A stretch of 30,480 bases of DNA from Candidatus Velthaea sp. (GTDB taxonomy: Bacteria; Vulcanimicrobiota; Vulcanimicrobiia; Vulcanimicrobiales; Vulcanimicrobiaceae): the NCBI GenBank assembly GCA_965214935.1, contig CBDCCS010000017.1, forward strand, positions 1-30,480. The letters run 5' to 3'. Below, one piece after another: positions 27,432 through 30,480 of the stretch. The notes beneath the pieces were generated by a model. The model did no database searches. It worked only from the letters and a program-made list of their open reading frames with translations, and was not told where the DNA came from. Position 1 is the first letter of the stretch, and the number at the start of each line of letters is the position of its first letter. Both the position numbers and the translations under genes were made by a program.

Positions 27432-28541
27432 CTAGCGCACGGACGCCGGTTCGGCGCGAACGTTATGGACCGGCTGCGTGGTGTCGCGCAGCCGGCCGCC
27501 GCTGCGCCCTTCACGCACGGCAATGATCTCGGCGGCGATTGAAATCGCCGTCTCTTCGGGCGTGCGGGCGCCGATGTCCAAACCGATCGGCCCGCTAATG
27601 CGGCCGATCTCGGCTTCGCTTAGCCCTGAACGGCGGAGGTTCGCAAGCCGATTTGCATGCGTCGCGCGGCTGCCCATTGCACCGATATAGCCGGCCGGGG
27701 TCCGCAAGGCTACCTCGAGCAACGGAATATCAAATTTTATATCGTGCGTTAAAACGATCAGTGCGGTCCGTTCGTCGACCGGTGCACCGGTAAGAAACGC
27801 ATCCGGCCAGGCAACGACGACGCGGTCCGCATCCGGCATGCGCTCGGACGTTGCAAAGACCGGTCGGGCGTCGATGACGCTCACCGTGTATCCCAAATAC
27901 TTGCCGATGCGGGCGACGGCACGGGAAAAATCGATCGCGCCGAAGATGTACATCTCCGGCTTGGGAGCAAAAACCGCAACGAACACGCGGACGTCGACGC
28001 CGACCGGTTCGCCGTCGAGACCAAACGTTCGCAGCGCGGTCTCCCCCGCCGCTAGCAGCGCGCGCATCTCTTGCGCGACGGCCTGCGTCAGGCCGGGCGA
28101 TCCAAGATCCCCGCCGACGGCGTCACCGAGTGCGAGCAGTTTGAAGCCGATCTGCGCGCCGTCCAAACGCGTCGCAAGCGCGACCGGCCGGTCCATACGC
28201 AAGGCCTCGGCAAGCGCCTCGAAGATCGTCCAATCGAGCCGCTCGATGAAGACCGCGATCGTCCCGCCGCACGTCAAACCGACCGAGATCGCCTCGGAAT
28301 CACTAATGCCGTAGCTGACCAAACGCGGCCGGTCGCCGGCGATGACTTGCTGGGCTTCCTGATACACCGCGGACTCGACGCAACCGCCGCTGACCGAGCC
28401 GGCGACGTCGCCGCGCTCGTTGACGACCATCACCGCTCCCGGAGCGCGCGGGGCAGAGCGCTCGACGGCGACGACCGTTGCAAGCGCGACCTGCAGACCG
28501 TCGGCGCGCCACCGTTCGACCGCGTCGAAGATTTCTCGCAT
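27432..28541 (-). CDS. xdhC: XdhC/CoxI family molybdenum-cofactor insertion accessory protein
   Basis: SAPR.PGA.M, GSVSGGCVE, GLTCGG, LTHD.KFD.P.L, YIGAMGSR, PIGLDIGARTPEETAISI.AEII. Confidence 0.93.
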   Translation of the reverse strand: MREIFDAVERWRADGLQVALATVVAVERSAPRAPGAVMVVNERGDVAGSVSGGCVESAVYQEAQQVIAGDRPRLVSYGISDSEAISVGLTCGGTIAVFIERLDWTIFEALAEALRMDRPVALATRLDGAQIGFKLLALGDAVGGDLGSPGLTQAVAQEMRALLAAGETALRTFGLDGEPVGVDVRVFVAVFAPKPEMYIFGAIDFSRAVARIGKYLGYTVSVIDARPVFATSERMPDADRVVVAWPDAFLTGAPVDERTALIVLTHDIKFDIPLLEVALRTPAGYIGAMGSRATHANRLANLRRSGLSEAEIGRISGPIGLDIGARTPEETAISIAAEIIAVREGRSGGRLRDTTQPVHNVRAEPASVR

Positions 28542-28624
28542 GCAAGGGTAGTCGCCGCATGCCGTGCACCGTCCCGCCGACGCGCGGACCGGACATTCCG
28601 CTCGCGTGCGGAAGTCGACCGCCC

Positions 28625-29635
28625 GTGAGCGGATTACGGGTGGCGGTCATCGGGGTCGGCAGAATCGGCGTTTTGCATGCCCAAACAGTGAAGGCAAATG
28701 CTGCCGTCGGCTCGCTCGTGATTGCCGATCTCGATCCGAACCGGGCGCGCGAAAGCGCGACGAAATTCGGCGGCACACCGGTCGACATCGAGCACATCTT
28801 CGAGGCGGGACTCGATGCCGTCGTCGTATCGGCAGCAACGGCCGCCCACGCTGAACTCGTCGAACGCGCGGCGGATGCAAACGTTCCGGTCTTTTGTGAA
28901 AAACCGCTTGCCGGCGATGTTGCGGCGACGATTCGCGTTCTGGAGCGCATCGAAGCCTCCGGCACCTCGCTGACCATGGGTTTTCAGCGCCGCTCCGATG
29001 CCGGTTATCGTGCGGCGCGCGAAGCGGTGCTCTCCGGCCGGCTCGGCTGGATCCACTCATTGTCCGCCGTGACGTTCGATCCGGCTCCGCCGCCGGCCGC
29101 GTATATCACAACGTCGGGCGGCATCTTCCGCGATATGCTCATTCATGACTTCGACATCGTGCGCTTCGTTACCGGACGCGAAGTCGTCGGCGTAACGGCG
29201 GCCGGATCGAATAAAGGCGAAACGTTTTTCACCGACGCAGGCGATGTGGACAGCGCGACGGTGTTGCTGCGCTTTGATGACGGTACGCTCGCGGCCATCA
29301 GCGGCGGCCGTTACAACGGTGCCGGCTACGACGTGCGCCTGGAAGTTCACGGCAGCGCCGGAACCATCGCCGTCGGTCTCGATGAACGGGTTCCGCTGCG
29401 CTCGGCCGAGCCGGACGCAACATGGCCGGCTGCAACGCCGTATGCCAGCTTTTTCGAGCGCTTCGCCGCGGCGTACGTGCGCGAAATTGAGAATTTCATC
29501 GCTCACGTGCTGGGCCGCATCGAAAATCCAAGTCCGCCGCGCGATGCGCTCGAAGCCCTCTACATTGCCGAGGCTGCCGATCTATCGCTGCGTCAGGCGC
29601 GCAGCGTCGACATTGCCGAGGTGCGCCGAACGTAA
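28625..29635 (+). CDS. Gfo/Idh/MocA oxidoreductase (myo-inositol 2-dehydrogenase-like)
   Basis: VAVIGVGRIG, FCEKP, GFQRR.D, SGGIFRDMLIHDFD, GYDVRLEVHG, F.ERF..AY. GTG start at 28625. Confidence 0.9.
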   Translation: MSGLRVAVIGVGRIGVLHAQTVKANAAVGSLVIADLDPNRARESATKFGGTPVDIEHIFEAGLDAVVVSAATAAHAELVERAADANVPVFCEKPLAGDVAATIRVLERIEASGTSLTMGFQRRSDAGYRAAREAVLSGRLGWIHSLSAVTFDPAPPPAAYITTSGGIFRDMLIHDFDIVRFVTGREVVGVTAAGSNKGETFFTDAGDVDSATVLLRFDDGTLAAISGGRYNGAGYDVRLEVHGSAGTIAVGLDERVPLRSAEPDATWPAATPYASFFERFAAAYVREIENFIAHVLGRIENPSPPRDALEALYIAEAADLSLRQARSVDIAEVRRT

Positions 29636-29671
29636 TTTTCGGCGCCGGCGCATCCGCAAGTCGGGCGCAGA

Positions 29672-29680
29672 TGTTATATT
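29672..29680 (+). promoter_or_regulatory. Extended -10 promoter element upstream of the infA leader
   Basis: TG-T-TATATT, with exactly 6 nt before ATG 29687. Confidence 0.5.
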
Positions 29681-29686
29681 TGAGGC

Positions 29687-29716
29687 ATGACGTTATGTAA
29701 AGTGAGCCTACGATAG
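29687..29716 (+). CDS. Candidate 9-aa leaderless upstream peptide (MTLCKVSLR)
   Basis: The ATG sits at the predicted +1 of the extended -10. Its TAG (29714-29716) overlaps the in-frame ATA (29713-29715) of infA. Confidence 0.35.
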   Translation: MTLCKVSLR

Positions 29717-30006
29717 CTGGCCGTCGGGGTACCAAAGCCCCCAAATCCGTCCGCCATCCCGATACGTCGGAAAAGCAAGCATCGCTCGAAGTGTTTGGTA
29801 CGATCAAACAAGTTTTCCCGAGCACGACGTTTTCGGTTGAATTAGAAAACGGACATAGTATTCTTGCGCATATCGCCGGGCGTCTGCGCCGCCATCGTAT
29901 CAAGATTTTGCCGGGCGATCGGGTCGATCTCGAGATGTCGCCCTACGACCTCACGAAGGGTCGGATCATCTACCGTTACCGCGCGGGCGAAGCGCGCCGG
30001 TCGTAA
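29713..30006 (+). CDS. infA: Translation initiation factor IF-1 (start uncertain: ATA 29713 proposed; first canonical codon is GTG 29791)
   Basis: EK...LEV.G.I...FP...[18 protein letters not shown]...[24 protein letters not shown]. Confidence 0.95.
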   Translation: MAGRRGTKAPKSVRHPDTSEKQASLEVFGTIKQVFPSTTFSVELENGHSILAHIAGRLRRHRIKILPGDRVDLEMSPYDLTKGRIIYRYRAGEARRS

Positions 30007-30031
30007 CGCTACAAACAGCCGAGGCCGGCCG

Positions 30032-30478
30032 CTAGCCGTCGGCCGTCCGTGAGTCGCGGCCGCGAAAGCGGCCGACGAAGGTCTGCCAGCCGCGCGGTAT
30101 ATCCGCTTCGAGAATCGGCCGTTCGATGACGTACGTAATAGCGGTCGAAAGAATCAGCGCGGTTGCGATCGATGAAATAAATGTCGCAGCCGGTCCAAAG
30201 CCCGCTTGATGATACCAGACGGCAATTTCGAGATTCCAAAGATACAAGTTATACGAGATCATCGAAAGAAAGACGAGGGCGCGGGTCGTTACCAGCGACT
30301 GCCAGCGTCCGAGTGCAAACGACGTCGACAGGGCGAGCACGACACACAGCGGTCCAATCCCGACGCGAACGGCGTTCACCCAGTCGTACGCGGCGTTGAA
30401 ATCTGCTACCCGGCTTATCTCGCTGATCCGAGCGAGGGTCGCAACGGCGACGCCGAATGCGCCGATCGATAGAGCCGT
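30032..30478 (-). CDS. Acyltransferase-3 (OafA-like) membrane protein, C-terminal part (5' truncated by window edge)
   Basis: Frame is open to the window edge. Contains L.FLS.ISYNLYLWN and TY.IERP motifs with multiple TM segments. Confidence 0.8.
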   Translation of the reverse strand, partial: TALSIGAFGVAVATLARISEISRVADFNAAYDWVNAVRVGIGPLCVVLALSTSFALGRWQSLVTTRALVFLSMISYNLYLWNLEIAVWYHQAGFGPAATFISSIATALILSTAITYVIERPILEADIPRGWQTFVGRFRGRDSRTADG

Positions 30479-30480
30479 CG

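Noticed and set aside
28478..28624. N-terminal extensions of the Gfo/Idh/MocA ORF (and of nudC, 27419-27523)
   Set aside because: They overlap xdhC and are Arg/Pro-rich off-frame-like sequence; family similarity begins at the downstream starts.
1..30480. CRISPR arrays, tandem repeat arrays, IS elements, rRNA
   Set aside because: No regularly spaced repeats, terminal inverted repeats with a transposase, or rRNA-like sequence were found by eye.

Overview
GC-rich bacterial chromosomal segment with mostly housekeeping and stress genes. The orphan secreted proteins and gene styles are reminiscent of Eremiobacterota/Vulcanimicrobiota soil bacteria, but this is inference only. Left to right: 3' end of a radical SAM gene, a GDPH-motif hypothetical protein, tandem trkA-like RCK genes, tRNA-Pro(CGG), a stand-alone Clp N-domain protein, DedA, a secreted phosphoesterase, a treS(-mak)-treZ-treY operon, uvrC, a holin-like YvlD gene, a lipoprotein/secreted-protein pair, a ~1.3 kb lower-GC islet with a TGA-interrupted ORF, fasciclin, aldo-keto reductase, ettA, gnd, three small orphans, an S41 protease, nudC, xdhC, a Gfo/Idh/MocA oxidoreductase, infA and the 3' end of an acyltransferase-3 gene. 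No CRISPR array, rRNA, transposase or integrase was seen. The most interesting observations are: (1) infA apparently lacks a canonical start and may initiate at AUA, coupled by an 'ATAG' overlap to a 9-codon leaderless uORF, a candidate initiation-sensing autoregulatory device; (2) the maltokinase domain fused to TreS has lost key catalytic motifs and may be a pseudokinase; (3) a Cys-free, signal-less protein carries a GDPH autocleavage motif; (4) a solo ClpC N-domain protein.
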